A DNA stretch of 64,000 bases from Clostridia bacterium. GTDB taxonomy: Bacteria; Bacillota; Clostridia; Christensenellales; Aristaeellaceae. Positions 36,714 to 45,434 of the stretch are shown piece by piece (the stretch's first letter is position 1; the number at the start of each line of letters is the position of its first letter). The DNA is taken from contig JAFUTW010000029.1 of the NCBI GenBank assembly GCA_017484085.1, forward strand, positions 192 through 64,191, read 5' to 3'. The notes below the pieces were generated by a model. That model was not told where the DNA came from. It did not search any database and saw only the letters and a program-made list of their open reading frames with translations. The position numbers were made by a program, and so were the translations under genes.

Positions 36714-39248
36714 ATGAAAAGGCTGCTTGCGATCTTCCTGACTCTTGTGATGCCGCTCTGCTTCCTGCTTGCGGTGGCTGCGTCCGGCGCGGCAGCGGAC
36801 AGCATCCTGCCTGTGCTGCAGACGCCGAAACCCGAAGCGATCGAGGCCCCGGCCTTCCACGCCCTCACGGGAAGGAAAGCACCTGAGGCTGAAAAGACGG
36901 AGAGCGGCGCATTGCGCTATACGTATGCGGACGTCAGCTACAGCGAATACCTGGACTTTGGCCGCCTGCTGGCGCAGGAGGGCTTCACGCTGGTGAAATC
37001 AGGTGAGAATGCCGCCGGTGCCGTTACGGCCGTGACGGGCAAGGATCACGCCCAACTCGAGGTGACCTTTAACCAGGATGAGCGGTTCCTTAGCGTGACC
37101 TATACTGCATGGACCCGTCCGGCTGAAACGGACGCTGCGAACCCGGCAGTTATTGATCCTGCGGCGGTCTCGGCTCTTCCGGAGCTGATCCAGGCGATCA
37201 GCTTCGAAGCTGTGACCGCAGTCATGCCCGGGGAAACGAAATGGGGTGGGACAAGCTATCATCATGCCTACAGCGGCGTGAGCTACGCGGCGTATACGCG
37301 CTTCGGCGAAAAGCTGGGCGAAGAGGGGTACGCCCTCGCCTCCTCCGAAATGCTGGAAGGCGGCGTGAGCCGCGCGGTGGTTGAAAAGGACGGCGTCTCG
37401 CTGACGCTTGATTACGATATGGCAAACCAGACAGCCAGCGTCCTCTATCCGAAGGGTGTGCACCCGCGGGAACTGAGTCTGTACGGCGACTTTACGGAGC
37501 TGCTGGAAGGGGAGACCGTGCAGCTCACCGAAAGTGCGAGCCTCACGTGGCTCGGCTGGGAGAAGGTGGACAGCTACAAGGAGTATTACAAGGATTACCG
37601 CTACAAGCCGAATCCCAAGCGGACCAGCGAGGAGCACACGACGGGGGAGGGCGTGCAGCAGGTGCTGCTGCGCTTTGCCGTCCGGCTGGAAGCCGGAGAA
37701 GAGGCCGAAACGGCAGATCTCATCAGGAACATGACGCTGTACTGTGACAAAGACAGACTGGAGATGAACCGCGGTCTGGAGAACGGCGAGCGCTCGTTTA
37801 ATTATGACGATCTGATGGTGACGATTACGGCAGGTGATACCGCAAAGGAATACGTCGTCGCCTGCGGCGCTGCGCTGACAGACGATCAGCTGCAGCATCC
37901 GGAGGAGGTGGCTTTCACCTTCAACGATGGGGATAACGCGGTGCGCTACGTCTGCTACTTCGAATCCCCTGTGGACGACGAGACGCGCAGAAAGGATAAG
38001 GACCATGCGCGCTACGGCCTGGCGCTGGCAGGGGAGATCCTGGCCAACGCGGCGGACGCGACGGAGGCGCCTGAAAGCGGCTTGCTGGCCGGACACTGTG
38101 AAAGCATTCTGAAGATGGATTTCCTGCACCCCGACAAGGTCATCGTCATCGGGCTTAACGATGAGCAGGCAAAAAAGGCAGCCGCGGCGCTCGACGCGCA
38201 GGAATACGCGGACATCGCACCTGCGCTGGCGGCGCAAATGAACCGCGATTATCCGGAATACGCGGCCGCGGCGGACAGGACAAAGGCGAAGTACACGGAA
38301 ATGGAAACGCTGCCGGCGGCGCTGGTGCTCCTGCCGTGCGGCCCGCACATCGCCGCCGTCTCGTTCTGGGGCAAACAGGCGGGCGCTTCCCTCATCATCA
38401 GCACGGCAGCAAGCTCCGAAGCCCTCTCCGCAAAGGATATCCGGGCTTACGCAAAGGAGCTGGGCCTCTCCGGCCTGCGCATCCGCGTATATGAAGGCGA
38501 AAAGCGGGACGCCCTGCTGGAGACCGGAAAACTGGGCAGCACTCCGCTGCACAATCTGCAGCGGTCGGCCGGTGCGACGCTGAACCGGCTGCAAAAGCTC
38601 TTCCCGCACCTCACGGCAAAGGGTGTCACGACCGATCTGCCGCTGGGCGCGCTCCGGGTCTTCCTGCAGAAACAGGAGACGGCGGATCTTGCAGCCGTGC
38701 GCGCCGTCGCGGAAGAGCTGCTCCTGCAGGTGACAGCCGGGCAGGATGACCCGCCCGCCCATCGCTTCCTGAAGCTGAACTGGAACAGCCACACGAAAGA
38801 GATCCCCGCGCCGGAGATCGATCTTGGCGATGAGGCGCCGGAGCAGGAGAGCGAGCCGGACCCGAACGGGACATACCTCTTTGTCTGCTCGATAAAGAAA
38901 CCGGGAACGGATCTGCAGACCTGGACGGATCTCATCATGGAAGCGTCGCTGCCTGCGAAAAACATTCCCGAGACGCCCGAAGCGGCGGATTACATCATCC
39001 GTCTGGCGACTGAATACGACCGGACCGACCTGGACCTTTCCACGGGCAGGAGCGGGAACGGCATCGTGCTGCATTATCCGCTGACGCACATCACCGTGCA
39101 CGACGGAAAGAGCGGCGCGATGCTGAAGGATATAGGCTGGACGGTGCGTCAGCTCTCCGGCATCGTGATGCTGCCGCGTGGCGACACGTACTGGGATCCG
39201 GAGAACGACGCGCTCTGGCGCAAGGTGAAGGATCTGTTCGGGGAGTAA
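36714..39248 (+). CDS. Large secreted protein of unknown function (844 aa) with an internal tandem ~64-aa repeat
   Basis: Signal peptide MKRLLAIFLTLVMPLCFLLAVAASGAAA. GAGGAGG RBS. No recognised catalytic motif. The C-terminal module is shared with the three downstream secreted proteins. Confidence 0.7.
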   Translation: MKRLLAIFLTLVMPLCFLLAVAASGAAADSILPVLQTPKPEAIEAPAFHALTGRKAPEAEKTESGALRYTYADVSYSEYLDFGRLLAQEGFTLVKSGENAAGAVTAVTGKDHAQLEVTFNQDERFLSVTYTAWTRPAETDAANPAVIDPAAVSALPELIQAISFEAVTAVMPGETKWGGTSYHHAYSGVSYAAYTRFGEKLGEEGYALASSEMLEGGVSRAVVEKDGVSLTLDYDMANQTASVLYPKGVHPRELSLYGDFTELLEGETVQLTESASLTWLGWEKVDSYKEYYKDYRYKPNPKRTSEEHTTGEGVQQVLLRFAVRLEAGEEAETADLIRNMTLYCDKDRLEMNRGLENGERSFNYDDLMVTITAGDTAKEYVVACGAALTDDQLQHPEEVAFTFNDGDNAVRYVCYFESPVDDETRRKDKDHARYGLALAGEILANAADATEAPESGLLAGHCESILKMDFLHPDKVIVIGLNDEQAKKAAAALDAQEYADIAPALAAQMNRDYPEYAAAADRTKAKYTEMETLPAALVLLPCGPHIAAVSFWGKQAGASLIISTAASSEALSAKDIRAYAKELGLSGLRIRVYEGEKRDALLETGKLGSTPLHNLQRSAGATLNRLQKLFPHLTAKGVTTDLPLGALRVFLQKQETADLAAVRAVAEELLLQVTAGQDDPPAHRFLKLNWNSHTKEIPAPEIDLGDEAPEQESEPDPNGTYLFVCSIKKPGTDLQTWTDLIMEASLPAKNIPETPEAADYIIRLATEYDRTDLDLSTGRSGNGIVLHYPLTHITVHDGKSGAMLKDIGWTVRQLSGIVMLPRGDTYWDPENDALWRKVKDLFGE

Positions 39249-39390
39249 GGTGGGGCTCCGGGCTCCCCTTTGTAGGGGAGCTGGCACGGCGTAAGCCGTG
39301 ACTGAGGGGTTTACGCGGCGTATATCCTGCTGTCAGCCGAAACTTGACCGAGAGGACGGAAGGGTTTTCATACATGGGGAGGGCTGTTCA

Positions 39391-40659
39391 ATGGAACTGT
39401 ATCGGATTGTCAACTTTATCATACAGTCTGCGTATCTGATCATGCATTTCCTGTTTATCATGGCCCTGTACCGCAGGCGGCAGTCCACCCCGGTCTGGTT
39501 CTGGTTTTTCAGCTTTTGCATCGCATTGTGGGTATGGGTTTCCGGCAGGTTTATGGAAACCATCGTCTATCTGTTCTTTCCGGCGAACAACACCTTCTAT
39601 CAGTTTGCCGCGAACTACCAGTACATCGGAGACACGACGGCGGGTGTGTTTTATCTCCTGTGGGTGCTCTATCTGTCCGGGAGGGACCGCCTGGCTTCAT
39701 CCGGGTGGTTCCGGGCATTCGTTTTTGCCAGCCCTGTGATAACGTGCGGCCTCGTGTTCACGAACCAATGGCATCATCTGTTTTACACGAAGCTAGACAT
39801 GGGAGAGCGTGTGGCCCACGGAGCGCTCTTTTTGCCCTGCCTTCTGTGGAGTTTTCTTCTCCTGCTTGCAGGCTATATCGTCTCCATCCGGTTTGTCATC
39901 GGGACGGCGCATGACCGGCTGAGGCAACTCGTCATGTTTTCCCTGTTTCCGCTTCTTCCGGTTGCGGCGATTCTCGTCCGTTCCATCAGCGGCGTCGACC
40001 GCTTCGACTATACCCCTGTCGTCATGACCGTCTGTGTGGCCAGCCTGTATCAGATCATCTTCAAGCACCACTATGTCAATATCGTCTCCTTGTCGATCCG
40101 GGAAGTCATTGAGCAGACGGAGCATCCGATCGGCATCTACGATCTGCCGGCGGGGAAATGGCGCTATGTCAATCGCGCCGCGGCAGGAGCGTATGAAGGC
40201 GCGATGCGGCAGATATCCGTGCGGATTTCCGAAGCGCCGGACAGCCTGGAGGATGATTTTGACGGCAGGCATATGGCGGTGGATATCATGCCGCTGACGG
40301 GCAGTGCATCCGTTCTGATTACCGCTACGGATATGAGCGGGATTTATCGGGAACAAGCGGAGCTTGATGGGCAGATCTGCATGCTGGAGGAACTTCGCCG
40401 GGAGCTGAACGAAGCACGGCGCAATATCGATGCCTATCTGGATACCCTGCCAGATCCGGAGGAGATCCGCCGCAGGAGGGAACTGATCGAAGCCACACAC
40501 GGAATGGCGGATGATGTCTTCCGGCGTGTGCAGAAAAACCTCGAAACGGCAGGGCGGGATCCGGAAGACGCAGGGAGAGCGCTTCAGGAGAATCTAGATC
40601 TGACGCGCGAGGGCATCGCTGCCATCCGCAGCGCTGTAGCACGGCTCAGAGGGGAATGA
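39391..40659 (+). CDS. Membrane sensor: N-terminal 7TM region (HisKA_7TM-like) + PAS-like + coiled coil + degenerate DHp-like tail, with no ATPase domain
   Basis: Start at the ATG 39391 (GGGGAGGG RBS). ~7 hydrophobic helices in the first ~230 aa. The tail RRRELIEATHGMADDVFRRVQKNL...TREGIAAIRSAVARLR resembles a HisKA_3 helix pair. No N/G1/G2 boxes. Confidence 0.6.
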   Translation: MELYRIVNFIIQSAYLIMHFLFIMALYRRRQSTPVWFWFFSFCIALWVWVSGRFMETIVYLFFPANNTFYQFAANYQYIGDTTAGVFYLLWVLYLSGRDRLASSGWFRAFVFASPVITCGLVFTNQWHHLFYTKLDMGERVAHGALFLPCLLWSFLLLLAGYIVSIRFVIGTAHDRLRQLVMFSLFPLLPVAAILVRSISGVDRFDYTPVVMTVCVASLYQIIFKHHYVNIVSLSIREVIEQTEHPIGIYDLPAGKWRYVNRAAAGAYEGAMRQISVRISEAPDSLEDDFDGRHMAVDIMPLTGSASVLITATDMSGIYREQAELDGQICMLEELRRELNEARRNIDAYLDTLPDPEEIRRRRELIEATHGMADDVFRRVQKNLETAGRDPEDAGRALQENLDLTREGIAAIRSAVARLRGE

Positions 40660-41612
40660 ATATGGGACAGTTTGAGCAGGCTTTTCGGCTGCTGCCGGAT
40701 ACGGTCATCATTACGGATTTGTACTGGTATATCCTGGATTACAACCGTCCGGGTCCTTTTGAAGGGCTGAAAAAGGGGAGAAGCCTTTCAAGGTACATGC
40801 CGGATTGCCGGGATATGCCCGCCGGCGTGTATCCTTGCAGCGGAAGGGTATTCCAGCGCAGCGTGTCGAAAGTATACACGGAAGGCGTTCACGGCGGGTA
40901 TGTCGTCTATCTCGTCGATATCACGGAAAAAGAGCGGCTTGTCGAGGAACGCCGGTGCAGGAGCGCCGAGCTTGAAGCGCTGACGCGGAAGCAGGCGCAG
41001 GCGAACGCGAAGCTGGAGGAATACGCCCGACAGGTTGAGACGCTGACTGACTATGAGGAACAGCTTCGCATCGCGCGGACCATCCACGACGGGGCAGGGC
41101 ACGCGATCACCGCGCTAAACACGATCTCACGGATGTGCCTGCAGTTGCGGCACAGTGACGCGGAGAGATACCGCCGGCTGATCAATGAGGGCATCGCCAT
41201 CTGCCGCCGCGCGGAAAAAGGGCGAATCGAGCGCCGTTTCGATTCACTGACGGAGATGCTGGAGGCGTTCCGGGATTCCTGCCCGTTTCCGGTCGATCTC
41301 AGCATCACAGGAGAGCAGCCGCCCTTTGCCGCCGGCCTGTGCGATGTGATCCTGGGCGTGTGCAAAGAGGCGTATCACAACACCCTCTCCCACTCTCTGG
41401 CGGACCGGCTGAAAATCGAGGTGCACATGACAGATGAGAAGCTGACGCTGAGAATCACAGACAACGGGCGTTTTCACGGCGTGCTGGAAAAAGGGTTCGG
41501 ACTGAAAACGATGGAGGAAAACGTCCGCGCTTCGGGCGGCCGGATATACTTTGAGACGGAAGAGGGCAAAGGGTTCGGCATTGCGGCAGAATGGAGGGCG
41601 CATCATGAGTGA
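40656..41612 (+). CDS. Soluble sensor histidine kinase (PAS-like + HisKA_3 + HATPase_c), NarX/DesK class
   Basis: ATGA overlap with the upstream ORF. H-box EEQLRIARTIHDGAGHAITAL, N-box EAYHNTLSHS, G-boxes ITDNGRF and GFGLKTMEENV. No TM helix. Confidence 0.8.
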   Translation: MNMGQFEQAFRLLPDTVIITDLYWYILDYNRPGPFEGLKKGRSLSRYMPDCRDMPAGVYPCSGRVFQRSVSKVYTEGVHGGYVVYLVDITEKERLVEERRCRSAELEALTRKQAQANAKLEEYARQVETLTDYEEQLRIARTIHDGAGHAITALNTISRMCLQLRHSDAERYRRLINEGIAICRRAEKGRIERRFDSLTEMLEAFRDSCPFPVDLSITGEQPPFAAGLCDVILGVCKEAYHNTLSHSLADRLKIEVHMTDEKLTLRITDNGRFHGVLEKGFGLKTMEENVRASGGRIYFETEEGKGFGIAAEWRAHHE

Positions 41613-42234
41613 GAAGATACGGGTACTGCTGGCGGATGATCATCCGCTGATGACGGAAGGATTGCGGCTGACGATGAGCGGATGGGAGGAGTTTGATGTC
41701 GTAGGCGTGGCCGCAGACGGCGCAGAAGCCCTGGAGCTGTGCCGGGCGCTGAAGCCGGATATCGTCATCCTGGATATGCAGATGCCGAAGCTGTCCGGGC
41801 CGGAGGTCATTTGCCGGATCAAGTCCGAAACGCCGGAAATGTGCTTTGTGGCGCTGACCACTTTCGACGATCAGGAGACAGTCAGACAGGCGATGAAAGC
41901 GGGCTGCAACGGCTTCCTTCTGAAGGTAATCGAACCTGACAAGCTGAGAAATTCGCTGCTTTCCATCATGGGTGGCCTTAACGTCTACGACAAGGGCGTT
42001 ATGGCGCAACTGAAGCAGGGCCAGGCGCAGAGGACGGAGATCGTTTTTTCACAGCGAGAGCTCGAGATACTCCGCCTCGTCTGTCAGGGTATGACCAACA
42101 CGGAGATCGCCGATCGGCTGGGCCTGCGCCCCGGAACGGTCAAGAATATGGTTTCCATGCTGCTCAGCAAGACCGGGTGCATCAGCCGCGCCCAACTGGC
42201 CCGCTACGTTGTGGACAGACGCCTCGTCGAATGA
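41605..42234 (+). CDS. NarL/LuxR(FixJ)-family response regulator
   Basis: IRVLLADDHPLM, ILDMQMPKLSG, and a C-terminal HTH SQRELEILRLVCQGMTNTEIADRLGLRPGTVKNMVSMLLSKTG. 8-nt overlap with the kinase gene. Confidence 0.9.
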   Translation: MSEKIRVLLADDHPLMTEGLRLTMSGWEEFDVVGVAADGAEALELCRALKPDIVILDMQMPKLSGPEVICRIKSETPEMCFVALTTFDDQETVRQAMKAGCNGFLLKVIEPDKLRNSLLSIMGGLNVYDKGVMAQLKQGQAQRTEIVFSQRELEILRLVCQGMTNTEIADRLGLRPGTVKNMVSMLLSKTGCISRAQLARYVVDRRLVE

Positions 42235-42265
42235 TGGCTTTGGGAAACCGTCAGATGCAAAAATT

Positions 42266-42300
42266 CAGTGCCGAATGGAATGACCATCGGCACTGTTTTT
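42266..42300 (+). terminator. Rho-independent terminator, copy B of the duplicated element
   Basis: Same 30-nt hairpin as 36557..36586, followed by TTTTT. Confidence 0.8.
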
Positions 42301-42420
42301 CTTTATGCCGGCACAATACAATATTTACAGGTCTTAAGGACAATTCCGGATGTAAATCTTTCATCCCGGGACAGGCGTAAAGATGACGTGAACAGTTCAG
42401 AGAAGAAGGAGGCTGCGCTC

Positions 42421-43347
42421 ATGAAAAAGATGACTGTGATCCTGTTAACCCTTTTGCTGCTGCTCTGCGCCCTGCATACGGCGGCCGAAGGCAACACGGC
42501 GGACGCGGTGACGGACACCTACGGTTTACCCGGTATAACGCGGGAAGAAAGCTCATCCACAGGCTATGCGATGGCGCAGGTTCTGGCGGAGCGTTACGGC
42601 CTTCAGCTGACCTCCGGCTATCCGCTGTATACCCCTGCGGATCCTCAGCCGCTGAATGCTTTCCTGGTCACGGACGCGGACTGTGATGTGGGCATCAATC
42701 GCGACGGGATGTACAAGGTGAAGGAAAAGGGGCTTGTGGATTCCATCACCAAATACCTGAAGGAATGGATCGGGGAGATCGAAAAAGAATCGGGCCGGAC
42801 GATCCGGTTTGTGAAAGATCCCGACAAGGCCGATGTTCTGATCTGCGCCTGCCAGACGTATAAATTCTATGGCACCTACAGTTCAGGCACCTACAGATGC
42901 TCGGCCTATTCCAGCACCGTTACGCTGGAAGCCGTACAGCTTACCCATCCCGAAAACCGCAGGAGCTTTTCACTGACCAACAGCCCGGGGAGGACCATCA
43001 CCACCAGCGGCGGTTCAAAATTCTGGAAGTATCCGCCGGAACTGGAAGGAACCCCTGAACTGAAGGCTTTTGTGGAGGGCATTCTCGGCTGGTACGGGTG
43101 CGGCCTGCAAGCCGGCGCTAAGGGCGAAACCGTCACGGAGCTTCAGCGCGCGCTCATGGGCAGGGGTTACCTGTCGGGCGGCGCGAGCGGGATCTACGAT
43201 GCGCAGACCGAAGACGCGGTCCGGGCGCTGCAGACGGCCTGCGCTCTGAATCCGACCGGGCGGGTCGACGCTGCCACGCTGATCGCTGTCTACTACAGGC
43301 AGGAGGAAGTAGACGGCCTGCCGGAGGAAGTGCGCGCCGGAGAATAA
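42421..43347 (+). CDS. Secreted protein with a C-terminal peptidoglycan-binding (PG_binding_1-like) domain
   Basis: Signal peptide MKKMTVILLTLLLLLCALHTAAEG. C-terminal GETVTELQRALMGRGYLSGGASGIYDAQTEDAVRALQTACALNPTGRVDAATL. Confidence 0.65.
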   Translation: MKKMTVILLTLLLLLCALHTAAEGNTADAVTDTYGLPGITREESSSTGYAMAQVLAERYGLQLTSGYPLYTPADPQPLNAFLVTDADCDVGINRDGMYKVKEKGLVDSITKYLKEWIGEIEKESGRTIRFVKDPDKADVLICACQTYKFYGTYSSGTYRCSAYSSTVTLEAVQLTHPENRRSFSLTNSPGRTITTSGGSKFWKYPPELEGTPELKAFVEGILGWYGCGLQAGAKGETVTELQRALMGRGYLSGGASGIYDAQTEDAVRALQTACALNPTGRVDAATLIAVYYRQEEVDGLPEEVRAGE

Positions 43348-43387
43348 GCCTTACCTGAGAGGGGAAGGGTAAAGAAGGAGGCACACA

Positions 43388-44530
43388 ATGAAGCGAATCA
43401 CCGTAACCCTGACTCTGTGCCTTGTGCTGCTCGGCGCAGTCCTCCCGCAGCCGGTTCAGGCGCTGGTGAGCGGCAGAACAACAGCGCCTGCCAAAAGCCC
43501 CGCTGTGGATGACCGGGGGCAGGTGAACACCCTTTTTGCCGCAGCCAAAGCAGGCGAACTGACGGCGCTGGAAGGAGAGCCCTACCTCGGCGGTAAGCTC
43601 CTGATCGCCGTCTATGACGACCCGGAGAGCACGCAGCCTGCGCTCTCCCCGGAAGCAATGGCAGCGGGAGAGGACTTTTACGGCCTGCCGGCGGAGAGGC
43701 TGGCGGGCAGCCTTTCTGTGGCGGATACGCTTGTCGTGGTTTATCCGGCCCATTACAAGCGCAATCTGGCCCAGACGGACGTGCGCACGCAGGTGCAGGT
43801 CATCGATCCGCACCTGAAGGCGGCCTGGCCGGCTGTGACCGCTGCAGAGCGCCCGGGGCTGAACTTCGGCAAGACCGTCGGGCGGGACAGCATCGGGAAC
43901 ATAACGGTCATAGACTACGGAAAGTATCCCGGTTATTCTCCGGAAGAGGCCGCGGCCTGGATTGCCGGGCGGCTGACAGCGGAGGAGGCCGGCGATGCCG
44001 AAAAGTATGCTGAGGCCGAGGCGCTGTATAAAGAGGAAAAGTACTACAGCGCAAAGCAGGCTTTTCTGAAAAGCGGTTACCGGGATTACGCGGCCAGGGC
44101 CGAAGCCTGCCGGCAGGAATGGCCCGGGACGGCAGAGCTGTGGCACAGCCCGCAGCACAGGAGCCTTGCCCTGGAGCTGACCATCCACGTGAACCAGCCG
44201 GAGGAGACGGGCTGGTTCGCCAGGATCATCCAGGCGGGCGGGGTAACCGTGTCCAACCTCTTCATCAGCGGCACGGGAGAGGTGACGGTCTCCCTGCCGG
44301 AGGGTTCCTATTCCATCCTGTGCGGGACGGGAAGCGTGTGGTACGGCACGCGGGAGGCCTTCGGCAAAAACGCGTATTACGAGCGGATGACCTTCGACGA
44401 GGCGGGGCAGGATACCGTCTTCCTTGAGAAGGGACACGCCTACACGCTGAGCATCAATATCGAAGCCGGCGAGGCGGAAGGCACGGATGTGGATTCCGAA
44501 GAAGAGGACTGGGAGGATTTCGTGGAGTGA
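43388..44530 (+). CDS. Secreted protein, unknown function; paralog of the next gene over its N-terminal ~150 aa
   Basis: Signal peptide MKRITVTLTLCLVLLGAVL...VQA. AAGGAGG RBS. Acidic C-terminus. Confidence 0.65.
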   Translation: MKRITVTLTLCLVLLGAVLPQPVQALVSGRTTAPAKSPAVDDRGQVNTLFAAAKAGELTALEGEPYLGGKLLIAVYDDPESTQPALSPEAMAAGEDFYGLPAERLAGSLSVADTLVVVYPAHYKRNLAQTDVRTQVQVIDPHLKAAWPAVTAAERPGLNFGKTVGRDSIGNITVIDYGKYPGYSPEEAAAWIAGRLTAEEAGDAEKYAEAEALYKEEKYYSAKQAFLKSGYRDYAARAEACRQEWPGTAELWHSPQHRSLALELTIHVNQPEETGWFARIIQAGGVTVSNLFISGTGEVTVSLPEGSYSILCGTGSVWYGTREAFGKNAYYERMTFDEAGQDTVFLEKGHAYTLSINIEAGEAEGTDVDSEEEDWEDFVE

Positions 44531-44552
44531 TAAGAAGAAGGAGGGCTCAGCT

Positions 44553-45209
44553 GTGAAGAGGATCATCATCGTTGCCCTGACACTCTGCCTGGCGCTGTCT
44601 GCCGCTGCTCTCGCGGAAGAGACGCCCGCGAAGGAGACGGTGCCTTACGACAGTATCCGGGCGTATTTCGACCGCGCACAGGACGCGGGAACCGTCTTTG
44701 AAGCGGGACAGCCCGCCTACAGGGGAAAGATCGTCTTTGCGGTTTCCGACGGCAATATTTACACATCGCTGTCGGAAGAGCCGAAGTACGGCTTTGGCCG
44801 GGTCCCGGCAGGGCGGCTTGCGTCCTCCTTCGATGAGGCGGATACGCTGGTGCTCGTTTACGCGGACTACAGGGTGGTCGGCCAGTATACGCCCATGGTG
44901 AGGGCCAGAAAGACCTATACGAAGGTCTGCGTAGCCGATCTGCGCCGGGACGTGCTGTACAAGCCGTTTGACGCGGTGGTGAACGATCCGCCGAGGAGCG
45001 TCACCATCCGGACGATGAACGGCATCCCCATGACATCCGCCTTCAGCGGGGATTATGAGCCGCAGAAGGCCATCGACAAGGTCTCAGGCGTGCTGCTGCC
45101 CGAGAAGACGCCGCAGCCGGAGACGGCCGCGGGCGCGGAAGAGGCCGGGGCGGCAGAGAAGGAGACAGAGTCGTCGGGGAAGTCTCTCTTTCAGTTTTCA
45201 GGTAAGTGA
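44553..45209 (+). CDS. Secreted protein, unknown function; paralog of 43388..44530
   Basis: GTG start 8 nt after AAGGAGGG. Signal peptide VKRIIIVALTLCLALSAAALAEE. Aligns by eye with the upstream protein (…GKIVFAV…/…GKLLIAV…, …ADTLVLVYA…/…ADTLVVVYP…). Confidence 0.6.
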   Translation: MKRIIIVALTLCLALSAAALAEETPAKETVPYDSIRAYFDRAQDAGTVFEAGQPAYRGKIVFAVSDGNIYTSLSEEPKYGFGRVPAGRLASSFDEADTLVLVYADYRVVGQYTPMVRARKTYTKVCVADLRRDVLYKPFDAVVNDPPRSVTIRTMNGIPMTSAFSGDYEPQKAIDKVSGVLLPEKTPQPETAAGAEEAGAAEKETESSGKSLFQFSGK

Positions 45210-45434
45210 CAAGAAGTGAGACGGGTGCGGTAAGCATCGGGGAGGCTTTATATGAAAAAACGGATATGCATCTGGCTGTGTCTGGACCGACACGCCAGGC
45301 GACCGCGTCGCGCCGGGCAACCATATCGGCTCTGTCAACCATACGAAGGCAACCCAGTATATCGAGGGCCTGCTGGAAGAATGACGCAGGCTGCCGTGAA
45401 AATCAATCGGACCTGAAAGAAAGGCGGAATCGTC

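Noticed and set aside
45252-45416. 54-codon ORF (MKKRICIWLCLDRHARRPRRAGQPYRLCQPYEGN...) with a GGAGG 6 nt upstream, in the gap between two secreted-protein genes.
   Set aside because: Third-codon positions are unusually A-rich for this genome (cga, caa, cca, gta, gga, aga). The peptide is Arg/Pro-rich and unlike the neighbours. There is no homolog I recognise. It could still be a real micro-protein, but the sequence alone does not support calling it.
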